Part shown: in pieces, positions 50,301 through 61,408 of the stretch
How the letters are laid out: every line of letters begins with the position of its first letter
How positions within the stretch are numbered: the stretch's first letter is position 1
NCBI GenBank assembly: GCA_030295235.1
Contig: AP026128.1
Location: 248,001-312,000, forward strand
Length of the DNA: 64,000 nt
Source: Fistulifera solaris
Lineage: Eukaryota
Direction of reading: 5' to 3'
Made by a program: the position numbers and the translations under genes
The notes under the pieces: model-generated
The model's database searches: none
Seen by the model: the letters and a program-made list of their open reading frames with translations, nothing else
What the model was told of the DNA's origin: nothing

Positions 50301-51765
50301 AATTTCTGGAACCTCCAAGGACTTTCGTATGACCCAAATTACCGATTCCAGAATTTCTGGAATGACCACAGAATCTCTGTATTACTCAAAACAACTAGTC
50401 CAGAATTTCTGGAATGATTCCAGAATTTCTGGAACGACTACAGAATCTCTGTTTGACCCAAAGCACCGATTCCAGAATTTCTGGAACGACCACAAAACAG
50501 CGATTCCTGAATTTCTGGAACCTCCACAGACTTTCGTATGACCTAAATTACCGATTCCAGAATTTCTGGAATGACCACAGAATCTCTGTATTACTCAAAA
50601 CAACTAGTCCAGAATTTTCTGGAACGACCACAGCTCTGTTTGATCCAAATTAATTACCGATTCTAGAATTTCTGGAACGACCACCGAATCTCTGATCGTC
50701 CCAAAACACAATTTCCAGACTGTCTGGAACGACCAAAGAAATTCTGTTTGAGCCAAATCACCGATTCCCGAACTTCCGGAACGGGCACAGAATCTATGTT
50801 TGACCAAAAACAACGATCCTGAATTTCTGGAACCTCCAAGGACTTTCGTATGACCCAAATTACTGATTCCAGAATTTCTGGAACGACCACAGAATCTCTG
50901 TATTACTCAAAACAACTAGTCCAGAATTTCCGGAACGACCACAGAATCTCTGTATTACTCAAAACAACTAGTCCAGAATTTCTGGAATGACCACAGAATC
51001 TCTGTTTGATCCAAATTACCGATTATTCCAAAATTTCTGGAACAACTACAGAATCTCTGTTTGACCCAAAGCACCGATTCCAGAAATTCTGGAACGACCA
51101 CAGAATCTCTTTTTGACCAAAACAACTAGTCAAGAATTTCTGGAACCGCCACAGAATCTCTGTTTTATGCAAATTACCTATTCCAGAATTTCTGGAACGA
51201 CCACAGACTTTCGTATGACTCAATTACCGATTCCAGAATTTCTGGAACGACCACAGAGTTTCTGTACTACTCAAAACAACTAGTCCAGAATTTCTGGAAC
51301 GACCACAGAATGTCTGTTTGATCCAAATTACCGATTATTCCAGAATTTCTGGAACGACTACAGAATCTCTGTATGACCAAAAACACTGATTCCAGAATTT
51401 CTGGAACGACCAAAGAATCTATGTTTGACCCACAACAACTAGTCCAGAATTTCTGGAACGACCACAGAATCTCTGTTTTATCCAAATTACCGATTTGAGA
51501 ATTTCTGGAACGACCACATTCTTTCGTATGACCCAAATTGCCGGTTCCAGAATTTCTGGAACTAATACAGAATTTCTGTATTACTCAAAACAACTAGACC
51601 AGAATTTCTTGATCGAACACAGAATCTCTGTTTGATCCAAATCACCGATTCCAGAATTTCTGGAACGACAACAGAGGAGTCTTTGTTTGACCGCAAACAA
51701 TTTTTAAAATCCATACAGAATCTCTGTTAAGCTTATGTCGTTAGACACTGATTCCAGAATTCTTT
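47280..51765. repeat. Tandem satellite, 51-52 bp monomer, roughly 80-85 copies, with higher-order duplications
   Basis: Consensus TTCCAGAATTTCTGGAACGACCACAGAATCTCTGTTTGACCCAAATTACCGA repeated with variation throughout. Confidence 0.97.
49333..49516. mobile_element. 184-bp AT-rich MITE-like insertion in the satellite, TA target duplication
   Basis: GGTAGGACATTTTTGGGTACT (49336-49356) / AGTACCAAAAATGTCCTACC (49482-49501); flanked by TA; empty site AAAATATAGATTCTATTATT at ~48088-48107. Confidence 0.82.
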
Positions 51766-52045
51766 CATTTTTTAGGGCTACTCCGGAGTCACGTAGTATT
51801 CTTTCTCATGTCCTTAACCTTAACTTTTCCGCCTCTCACGGGCGCCTGCCACAATTTTGAGCTATAGTAAAGCTTTTTTTAACATTTTAAGCTATAGTAA
51901 AGTTGGGTCTTTGTCTTCATTTTTTCAGTCGACAAACTCAAAAGTAATTCGACCATGTTTTTTCGTATACCAGGTAGCCTTTGACATTACTTTTTTATAT
52001 CTTTCGTTCATCATTCGTCTTCATCTTTCTTACAGAATAGAGAAT

Positions 52046-53802
52046 ATGCCTCGATGCTGGTTGGGTTGTTTCCTTTACGCGGCCGTCGCCTTGGGTCTTC
52101 ACGTTATACCCTTGATTCCGCATCATCGTTTGGTCGAACGACGACGGCACGAACGACGACAACTGATCGATGATTTGCAGATCGATCCGTTGTATCAAGG
52201 CATCGGTGTACGTTGAGCTCGTGTATAGATGATTCGTCGTGCTGTCGCACTCACTTTACTTTGCTTTAGACCCATTATGTGGATTTATGGATCGGATGCC
52301 CACCCCAACGACAAACGGTGATTGTCGATACTGGATCGGCCGATACGGCCTTTCCTTGCTATGGTTGTGAAAACTGCGGAGCGGCTCTTCCTCACTCACA
52401 AAATCCTCATCCCGAACATCACAATCACATTGATTCCGTCTATCGACAAAATGAATCGTCCTGTTTTCAATATGTACAGTGTTCTGAAACCGAGTCCTGT
52501 CCGTATGAAAGTGTTTGCATATTGCACGACAATTCGCTCGAATTGCCCGAAAGTAATGTGCATCCTCCCTTTTGGAACGGCAGCGCGGCCGATCGCGTCT
52601 GTCATATGGGTATGGCGTATATGGAAGGCAGTTCGTGGATTGCCCTACAAAGCATCGATCGGGCGTATACGGGTGGATCTCATTTTTCCGTCGATTCGGC
52701 GGAAGCCGATCACTCCAGTTTCCTGCTCACATTCGGTTGTCAAACGGCCGTCGAAGGATTGTTTGCGACACAATTGGCCGATGGCATCTTGGGCATGATG
52801 AAAAGTCCTCGTTCGTATTGGTGGCAATTGTACACGGCCGGGATCATTCCGGAACAACAATTTTCGCTTTGTTTTACCACCAATCCGGTCATTACTTACG
52901 CGGGAACGGATGCGGGGGCCATGGTGTTGGGAGGTGCCGATCCACGGTTGCATACGACACCGATGGTCTTTGCCGCCATGGCAGACTCCAGCGATGCCAT
53001 GGAGATTGTCTTGGAAAACATTCATTTGCGAATGCACGCGGGAGAAAGTATTATTCCGACGCGAAAAACAGATTGGTATACGCTACGGAATATCACTACG
53101 AGAATAAAGGGTGTCGTCGATAGTGGTGCCACCAGCACCCATTTGACGAATGAATATTACGAGCCGTTCCGCGATGCCTTTTTCAAGTTGACCGGTCTCG
53201 AATACGATACGCAAAAGTCGTATACGTTTGAAAGCCAGGAACAAATGATCACATCACTGCCTACAGTTTTGTTTCAATTCCAAGCGTCCACGCACAATGA
53301 TGCGGATCCGAAATTTGATGGTTTCTTGAACAGTGGGAACAGTATTTTGGTAGCGCTGCCGCCCAGTAGCTACATGAAATATTATCCCAATGAAGATGCT
53401 TATGCGGCCAAGATTTTCTTTCGCGATTTCGGTTTGTCGTTGGGGGCCAACGTACTGTCAGGAAAAGATGTGTTGTTTGATGTCGAACATCAACGGATTG
53501 GGTTTGCGGAAAGTACGTGCGATTATTTGTCCTTACATGATCCACGGTTCAATCACAGTGAAGCGGCCTGGGAAGCTCAACAGCCTTCTGATCCAATATT
53601 ACCTAACGGTCCCAATGTTCCATTGGCCACTTTAGTGGGACTCGTTGCGGTCATCGCTAGCTTTGGCATTCGTGCGTTCTACAAAAAGACACGCACGGTG
53701 GCCTTTCAACCGCTGCGAGATATGGAGAGTTTCGAGTCGTACAGTGACGACGACGTTTTTGAAACCGAAATGGTGCCCACCTCTCCGGAACCTATAAGTT
53801 AA
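52046..53802 (+). CDS. Membrane-anchored A1 (pepsin-like) aspartic protease; intron 52208-52269
   Basis: Signal peptide; YQGIG|THYVDLWIGCPPQRQTVIVDTGS, DGILG, VDSGAT, LGAN..VLFD....RIGFA; C-terminal TM. Confidence 0.92.
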
Positions 53803-53935
53803 TAGCAAAGCATTGCAGAAATCGAATGCTACTAAGTTTCATCTCGAGTGAAATATCAAGCTTGCTTTTATTTTTCTATGCATATAAAAAGAAGTCTGTT
53901 GGGATATGAATGTACTATCAGTTTCCGACGACTCG

Positions 53936-55330
53936 TTACAATTCGTCCTTATCGTTCAATGGAGAATCACTCGTCGGTGAACTGCCTTCGGGAGACAATA
54001 GATACACTCCCACGTAATCATTTTGCAAGGACCCCATGTACAATCGATCCTGCCAGACCGTGGCACTGGTCAACCCCGAAAGATCTTTGCCCGATGGATC
54101 TTGTAGATAAGAATGTTCCCCCGACACTGGATCGACCACCAAGATTCCGGTATACCGCGACGGCAAAGTGGGCAACCACGCCCGTGGCACAATCATGAGA
54201 GTGGTCCGCAACAAGTTTTGCAACAGATAGGGCAAAGCTTTCCACGCCACGTGGATGGCCGCCACGTCCGCCACAATCGCCACATAGCATTTTAAAGTTT
54301 TCGTGGAATCATCGGTAACACAATTTACATTGTCGGGATATCCCGGCAAACCCGCCACCAACACTTCGGGTTGTAAATACTCTTCCGGTGTCAACAAGTT
54401 GACAGATGATTTGATGGAACTGGTGAGATGATATTTGAGAACGGCCAAACCGGATGATTCCGTGACAATCAAATAGTCTTCATTGAAAGGATCGACCGCA
54501 ATGCCATTTGCAAACTGCAAATTCGCCGCCAAGACCCGCGTGATTCCGGTTTTGGGATTGTATTCACACAACCGTCCGGCGGCGTTTCCGCGCAATAAAT
54601 CCAATTTCGAGGCATACAAGAGATCCCATTTTTCCTTGCGGTGATCCGGTGGAATGTCGGTACTGTCCGTAAAGTAAATTTTGTGAGTGATGGGACCCAC
54701 TGTCACGGAATTGGCAAATAGTACAGGAGAAGTGACTTGTGTGTAGTGCGTGTCGCGCTTTTTCAACTTTTTCAAGACCGATACTTGATTCGTAATCAAT
54801 TCCACCAACGACTCCTGTTTATCGAAGTGTTTCAATTGTGTAATTCCCAACACGGCATCCGCCACATACAATGTATCCCCGTTCACGTATCCACCAAGGG
54901 GACGACCCATCCCCAGCTGTTTGTGAACGACCGACGTCGCATTCCAGACTGTTTCATGGGCTTGTAACAGGTCGTCTTCTTGTGCGGGTGTTGGTAAATC
55001 CGTCAATTCGAGCAATTGCGCTTGTTCATTCAATCCAAACAGACGATTCCGCCACGTGAATAACGTTTCGGAACCCTGGATGCCCGGAGCTTCTAGTTTA
55101 TAGGTCCGACGGTGCTTGAACCGCAAGGCATTTTGATATTGTTTGGCAATACTGGATCGGGTCGTATACCACGGCAATTGACGGGACGGTGGTTCGCGCA
55201 CGGGAGATCCGTACGGCAACAACACGGGATGCAATTGTTTGCCCACAAAGTAGCCCACGGCTGCCATCACGACAATGATGCGAAGTAGAACGAGGCGCGT
55301 CGAACCGGGCTGATATCGTGGAACTGTCAT
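53936..55330 (-). CDS. Strictosidine synthase-like / APMAP beta-propeller protein ending in KDEL
   Basis: GRPLGG, YVADA, IYFTDS, GRLCEYNP, LQFANGIAV, LPGYPDNV, LYMGSL; N-terminal hydrophobic helix; C-terminus NDKDEL. Confidence 0.88.
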   Translation of the reverse strand: MTVPRYQPGSTRLVLLRIIVVMAAVGYFVGKQLHPVLLPYGSPVREPPSRQLPWYTTRSSIAKQYQNALRFKHRRTYKLEAPGIQGSETLFTWRNRLFGLNEQAQLLELTDLPTPAQEDDLLQAHETVWNATSVVHKQLGMGRPLGGYVNGDTLYVADAVLGITQLKHFDKQESLVELITNQVSVLKKLKKRDTHYTQVTSPVLFANSVTVGPITHKIYFTDSTDIPPDHRKEKWDLLYASKLDLLRGNAAGRLCEYNPKTGITRVLAANLQFANGIAVDPFNEDYLIVTESSGLAVLKYHLTSSIKSSVNLLTPEEYLQPEVLVAGLPGYPDNVNCVTDDSTKTLKCYVAIVADVAAIHVAWKALPYLLQNLLRTTLMIVPRAWLPTLPSRYTGILVVDPVSGEHSYLQDPSGKDLSGLTSATVWQDRLYMGSLQNDYVGVYLLSPEGSSPTSDSPLNDKDEL

Positions 55331-55750
55331 TGTTGTTGCTCTGATGTGTGAAAGTATATAGCAAGGTAAGTGTAAGGCATCTATTCACTTTTCATGAATG
55401 AAATGATAATGAGAGCCATCATCACAGCGCATCCTGCATCATATCTTCTTGTCGTGTCAAAAGGTCGGAGGGAAGATCTTTTCGAGTGACGTAATGATGA
55501 CGTGTGAATACGTGACTTATTTGATCAAGTCCCGTAGAACGAACGGAAAAATGCGAACTGCAAACTGCAAAGAACCGTGGGGGAATCCTTCGCGCTCCGA
55601 AATAAGAACCACCTTCCAGTATAGAACAATGTGTAGGCTGGACCTGGAGAAAAGATGTCAACACGATGATGGTGGAAAAAGATCTTTTGCATCACAAAAA
55701 AAATACGGAGTAATCAAAACAATCAACATTCAAACCTCTTTCATCTCACC

Positions 55751-56338
55751 ATGAGAACTTTTCTAGCACTACTACTCCTCGCTTTCGCCACAGCCGACGA
55801 AGAACTCAATGTTCGCGAAACCGGCTTGTCCGATTTTGTCGTCGATACCATTTCGCATCCGTGTCACGAAAATGGTGTGATTCGTGGGTGGTGCGACGAT
55901 GTCTTGCATGCGCATTTACGATGTACCATTCATCCGTCTTTGAACATGTACACGTGTCAATGCAGTGGCGATCCTTCGGCCTGTCCTAGTGAATGCATCG
56001 GTGACGGTGACATTGTCAAAAAGATGCCGTACGGCATTCAGTGTCAAGGCATTCCCGACGATGAACCCAATTACATTTTGCGTTCCTCGGTGACAGAATT
56101 GCCATTGCATCACTGCGAAAACAATGCCCGCGTCGCCAATTGGTGCAATGAAAACAGTGGAGATGTCAATTGCTTGTTGTTGCCGGCTTTGGATGAATAC
56201 GTTTGCAATTGTCACGGCAATACCAAGGCGTGTCCGCAAGATTGTGTCGGCGGTTTGGAACCGGACAAGAAAACCAAACACGGGATTCGTTGCAAAGGAA
56301 TTCCGTTGGACAATCCCAATTATGTCTTGACGCAGTAG
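55751..56338 (+). CDS. Small secreted protein made of two 8-Cys repeats
   Basis: Signal peptide MRTFLALLLLAFATA; two ~80-aa units ending CQGIPDDEPNYIL and CKGIPLDNPNYVL. Confidence 0.82.
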   Translation: MRTFLALLLLAFATADEELNVRETGLSDFVVDTISHPCHENGVIRGWCDDVLHAHLRCTIHPSLNMYTCQCSGDPSACPSECIGDGDIVKKMPYGIQCQGIPDDEPNYILRSSVTELPLHHCENNARVANWCNENSGDVNCLLLPALDEYVCNCHGNTKACPQDCVGGLEPDKKTKHGIRCKGIPLDNPNYVLTQ

Positions 56339-56695
56339 TTTTCAAAATAATAATGTAGAGAGAACTTTCTTTTGACTCATTTCTTAGCGCTAAGCTACTA
56401 TTGAATTCGAAGGTTACTTGACGCAGTAGTTTTTAAATATTGTAGAGAAGGGAACTTCTTCTTGGCTTGAGATCAAACGCAAGAACATGGATTGTGGTGG
56501 AAATGCTACAAGATATTGTTGCTAGGAATTCTACCATCTAGTCTATTTCCTTTAGCGATATCTTCTAGTCTACAGGCACTAGCTAGTAGAGTTTTGCCTT
56601 GTCCTCGTGTACCAAAGATGCTTTAACATAGATACGAAAGCTATTTTCCTAACGATATGTCGTCTTATTGTTAAAAAAATTATTACCTGCCTCAC

Positions 56696-58212
56696 TCATG
56701 GTGAAAACATGTTCATCAATTCATCGGAAGCACTACTACTCTTCGGGGCCGCCCGCTCTTCACGCACTTGTTTCGCCGCAAAGTTCCAATGATTAATGAC
56801 ATTTTGTGCCTGACGCCCCCACAACACATCGAGACCTCCACGGGGATGATGAAACGCACTTTCGGTCAAACTCGAAATACAACTGATTGTGTCGTCCTGT
56901 GTTGCACGGACTTGCATGGGAGTTCCGTCCGGAAAGTATCGTACCGACTCTTCTTCTTCTGCTGATTCTTCTTCTGGTCCGGCAATGGTCTGTCGAAAAA
57001 TCATGGATGCGGCAATGGCGGAAGCGGGAAGACCCTTTATGCAATTTGTTTGTTCATTAATGACAATTTCATTCACCGGTTGAACGTCCTTGGGGAATCC
57101 AATTTCACTGAAGGGTTCTTCCATGAATGATGCCGATGCGAATTGAATCTTCTTCACGTCCGGAATGTCGCGAACATCCAAATGCCGACTTTCTGGAAAA
57201 GCGTCGTCTCCAAATTCCTCTTCCCAGTGCTGGTCGAAACTGGGTTGCGATGCCACCTTTGGCGACGGATCTCGCATGCCCACTTGTTTCGGTTTTCGAC
57301 ATTCCAGATCCCAGGAAGATGATTTTTTGGGCCTTAGAATCGAATCGATTAAGGAATTTTGAGAACTTTTCTCGGGGACATTCGCTTCGATCCACTTGGT
57401 TCCCAAAAGATCTCCACTACTACTGTGAGACGAAATGGCGTCAATTGTGAAGGGATCCTCCTTGGCATCGACCTTCTTGCTGCCGACGGCAGTCGTCTCT
57501 TCGGTATACGTCAAAGGTACTCCATCATCAAAGCCCGTAATTGTGGCGTTGGTCACAGATACCACCGATTGAGAAGGTGAAACGACCGACTGGTGTAATT
57601 CGGCATTCTGTTTGGCCATGTTTTCGAAGGATAAAGTAGGAAACTCCAAACTCGCCTTTTTCTTTTGCCGGATGTTTTCCTAGTAGTGTTTTCCAAAGAT
57701 TTCTTGGTATTCACTTCCGGTTCACCAAACATGGCCAACTCTTCGATGCGTGAAAAGTCCGGATCAAACGCGAATTGCACGAAGCTGCTACTACTGCGTC
57801 GATCAACGGACGGGGAACACGCCCGCTGCACTTCTTCGATAGACACGGACGGCTCCAATGCCGCAATGCGAAACGCGGGAGGCTGGTACGAGGCCGTCGA
57901 AGAGGCGTCGGTACTGTGGGTGCCCGTGAGAGTGATCGCCTTGTCCAAAAGGTGCGCCGGCGGCGGCTGGTACGCGTTACTGGGTGAGTCGCAGTCGATT
58001 TCGTCCTGGAATTTGCGAAACACGGGTTTGCTGCGCTGAAAAAAGTTTCGTTTCAATCGTTTCATTGTGGAAGTAGTGGGTTGGATGGAGGACGATAAAG
58101 AAGCTTCTTCACTATCGACCAGCTGTATCATTTGCCAGGCCGCTGGCCGCTTGGCCAGAATCATCTCTCGATCACCTTTGCGTGATGCAAAGAGTCCCAT
58201 TATGTCCTTCAT
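56696..58212 (-). CDS. Hypothetical Ser/acidic low-complexity protein; apparent frameshift ~57657-57661
   Basis: Two overlapping same-strand ORFs (219 and 317 aa) joinable by one base in an A run; no family recognised. Confidence 0.6.
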
Positions 58213-58633
58213 CTTGGGTGATTTGCTAGTTTTCTGTATTGTAGATGTGTTGCAGAATTGTTGTGAAATGGAGGTGGTTTTCTTCGATCGCTTTTGTGTT
58301 GGTTTGCGGAAAAGTGAGAACGCGATCGCTGGTTACTGAACGCGTTCGCTACTTAAATCAAGTCTGTAAATACTCGAATAGCAGAATTCTTATTTATGGA
58401 CTCGTTTCGATACATACAATGTCATCGCTTAAATAATACTTTTATATAGGAGATAACACGTTTTAGGAACGCCTGGCTAACCTCTTCCGGTTGAAGGGAT
58501 TTTTGGCGTCCGTCCGCTCATCCAGGCTCATCGACGTCGTGACTTTTTTTGCGCGTTTCTTCGACGTTCCGTTCAAACCCACACCCTCATTGTGCCGCAA
58601 ATGCTGTTGTTGGAATAGTAAAAGTAAAGCAGA

Positions 58634-59581
58634 ATGAATACTTCTCATGTCTTTCGTTCGCATTTGATGCAACAATTCATGGCGGCGGCACGAACCCAGT
58701 CACGTCCGCCGCTCGCACTCATCGGTGTCACTTCCGATGAATCAACAACAACATCGGAACGCAATACCAATCAACAACGCAATACTCATGATGTTTCATC
58801 AACACGACGAACGTATAATACAGGGCGACTACTATCGGAATCCGAAAGTCGGACACTTTCTTCTCTGGCGTCCATGTTGTCATCGTCATCGGAACATCGT
58901 ATGTTTACATCCTCTTCGTTATCCAGTGATCCACTTTCCACAACAAGTTTGGACTTTCAAAACATGGTCAAAGGACGCAAAACCACCAGTCCCTTCGCGG
59001 TCGACACGCGCGATGTCACGTTTTGGAAGGACGCACTGGATCGTGCCGTGGCGTGCGGTGTGACGGCACCGAATCACAAACGGACGGAACCCTTTCGCTT
59101 CAAGCGGCTTTTGGCGCCGTCGGAATCGACGCAACAATTGGCCGAAATTGCCTTTCAGGTCAGTTTGCGCAAGAGCAGTGTCGAAGAAGCCGAACGGAAA
59201 CGACACAAATGGCAACAGATACCGGCCTTTCTCGTGACTTTGGTCGATCAAGGTGACTCCATGGTACCCGAATACCAGAACGATCGGTACGAACCTCTCC
59301 CGTACGTGGCACCGGCTTCGGAGTTGGCCCTCGAAGATTATGCGGCAGCCTGTGCCGCGGTACAGAATGTGTTGTTGAGTCTGCATGCCGAAGGCATTGC
59401 CTCCAAGTGGGCGACGGGTCCCGTCATTGAAACGCCCGCCTTTCGTCACCTGGTGCAAGCCCGACCGCAGGATCGTGTCGTCGGCATCATTATGGTCGGT
59501 ATGCCGCAAATAACCACACCTGTCGGACCGAGGCGGCGGCGTCGTCGTCATGCGATTGAAGAGATTTTGCAAGATTTGTAA
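58634..59581 (+). CDS. Nitroreductase family protein (YdjA-like) with N-terminal extension
   Basis: RKT, APNHKRTEPFRF, EDYAAACAAVQNVLLSLHAEGIASKWATG, VVGIIMVG. Confidence 0.87.
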   Translation: MNTSHVFRSHLMQQFMAAARTQSRPPLALIGVTSDESTTTSERNTNQQRNTHDVSSTRRTYNTGRLLSESESRTLSSLASMLSSSSEHRMFTSSSLSSDPLSTTSLDFQNMVKGRKTTSPFAVDTRDVTFWKDALDRAVACGVTAPNHKRTEPFRFKRLLAPSESTQQLAEIAFQVSLRKSSVEEAERKRHKWQQIPAFLVTLVDQGDSMVPEYQNDRYEPLPYVAPASELALEDYAAACAAVQNVLLSLHAEGIASKWATGPVIETPAFRHLVQARPQDRVVGIIMVGMPQITTPVGPRRRRRRHAIEEILQDL

Positions 59582-59657
59582 TTTAGAAAACGGTAACATT
59601 CTGTACATACAATTTATTATTTATAGATTGGATGAATTCAAAATTCAACTCTTGCTG

Positions 59658-60960
59658 TCATGCATCGCACGACATGGTCCGGCCCCCTTGATAGTAATTG
59701 AAAAAACAAGACGCATTTTGTGACAACAATACCCCCAATCGACCAAATCCACCACGTCCGTGAGTGATGCATTGGGCCTGCGCCATGATGTACAAATCGA
59801 CAAACGTATCCATGTATTCTTGTACTGGACGTGATTCGGATTGATCCAAATGGACGACCGTGGCTGGTGGGGCGACCCGCAGGTCGGGATGCGCCAGAGC
59901 TGCCTGCAGAACATCGACGGAATCGGACAACAAGACGACTAGTGTTTGGGGACGCAACGCACGAGCACAGTGCAGGGCATGCATCGCCCATGCCTCGTAG
60001 CGTGGGGTGACAGGACGGTACAACGCCCGCACATGCGCTGCCACGTACGTCGTGTCGGTCAGTCCCAATCCGGTTTGACGTTCTTGAAGTGCTTGGGCGA
60101 GCAATGGCGAAGGAACAAAGAGAGTGGACCAGATGGAACGAAAGTGATGTCGAAAGTGTCGTGGAAGGTTGGAGTGAGGTGCGGACGACAACAGGGATCG
60201 AATTATCTCGTCTCGCGCAGAGCCTTGTTGACGATAGTCTTCAATCCGATTGTACCACGAGGAACCTCCGTGTTGATCTTGGAGCGTGACTTGTACGATC
60301 GAAGCGTGGGAATCCCGCAATCCGACCAACAAATCGTGCACCGTGCGGTAGACCGGAGTTGTCGTTAGAGTCAATTTCTCGGGCACCCGCCAATCCAATC
60401 CCGCCGCGGGTTGTAAAAAATATTCCAACGGAGCCGGTCGTTCCCAATGAATGTAAAATATACGGTCATACAAAGATGCCAATTGCAACAAGAGCGGCAC
60501 CGATTTCAAGCGATCCGATATTCCACCACAGACCGCATCCTCGCGGCAGGTCAAGACCAGGAACCGAAATTCGTTTATCGTTTCGTTCTTGCGGAGTTGG
60601 ACCCGTTGCTCGTGATGCCATTCCATATACAATGTCAGCCATGTCGATACTGTGCTATCGGGTAATAGAAACGGCGAATTTTTATATGGTTGCGTAAACA
60701 ATTTTTCCGGTGGAGGAAGCTGGTACGTTGCATTCCACCAATATGACGATTCCGTCGATCGACGGGTATTCCTTGAAGATGAGGTTTCCTGTGGTGCTGT
60801 AAATACGACTGCTGCTGCAGTTGAAGAATGAATTGCGCTTTCTGGTTTTTCTTATTGTGATGATTGGCCTTCCATACGAGATAGACTTGCAAACTGAGGC
60901 AAAGAGCACCCCTGCACTCCAACAGTGTCTACGGAATCTCGCCTGCTTTCTTCCAGTCAT
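59658..60960 (-). CDS. Putative type II membrane fucosyltransferase-like (GT-B) protein; apparent frameshifts ~60902 and ~60850
   Basis: CGGISDRL, AAHVRA, LLSDS, VDLYIMAQAQCI..GRGGFG resemble GDP-fucose-binding motifs; N-terminus reconstructed across two shifts. Confidence 0.6.
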
Positions 60961-61408
60961 AGCAAGATCATTTTCTGCTGATCGATTCCAGTGAGGAAAG
61001 TAAGCTCGAACGTATCATTATTTGTAGATTGTTGTACGTGCGGTTCTGTGTAATGCTTTGCTTTGTTTGTTTTTGCTGGTTGATGAGATGTCGTCGTTTG
61101 TTGTTTTGTTGTTGTCGTCGTTCTTATTTCTTATGGTATGGAGTGTATACGACTTTTTTTGGAATCGCCAACGGTCGACAGAACTATCGCATCGGTACCA
61201 TTCCGGCGTACCTGTACAGTGACAGTTCAACGGTCATCGGTCAACGGTCATCGGTCATCGATGATGATTATTATTTGCACCTCCAACAAAAAAGAAGCCG
61301 CCGACCTTCATCATCGTCGACCTTCATCATCGTCGACCTCCCTCCATTTTCATTCGAATGCCATTTTCACCATCTCTTGTGAGGGAACACCAAGTGAAGG
61401 CAAGAACG

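Noticed and set aside
46739..51536. Many short ORFs (SRISGTTTES, FQNFWN, VVPEILES) in the repeat region
   Set aside because: Translations of the satellite in several frames; mixed 51/52-bp units break frames and no long ORF persists
47280..51765. CRISPR array (palindromic repeats with variable linkers)
   Set aside because: Linkers are only ~15 bp, recur as related variants rather than unique spacers, repeats are degenerate, no cas genes, and the context is an intron-containing eukaryotic genome
945..60960. Programmed ribosomal frameshifting or RNA editing as a genome-wide system
   Set aside because: Shifts go in both directions, in runs of any base, with no shared slippery motif, and differ between paralogs; homopolymer error is simpler
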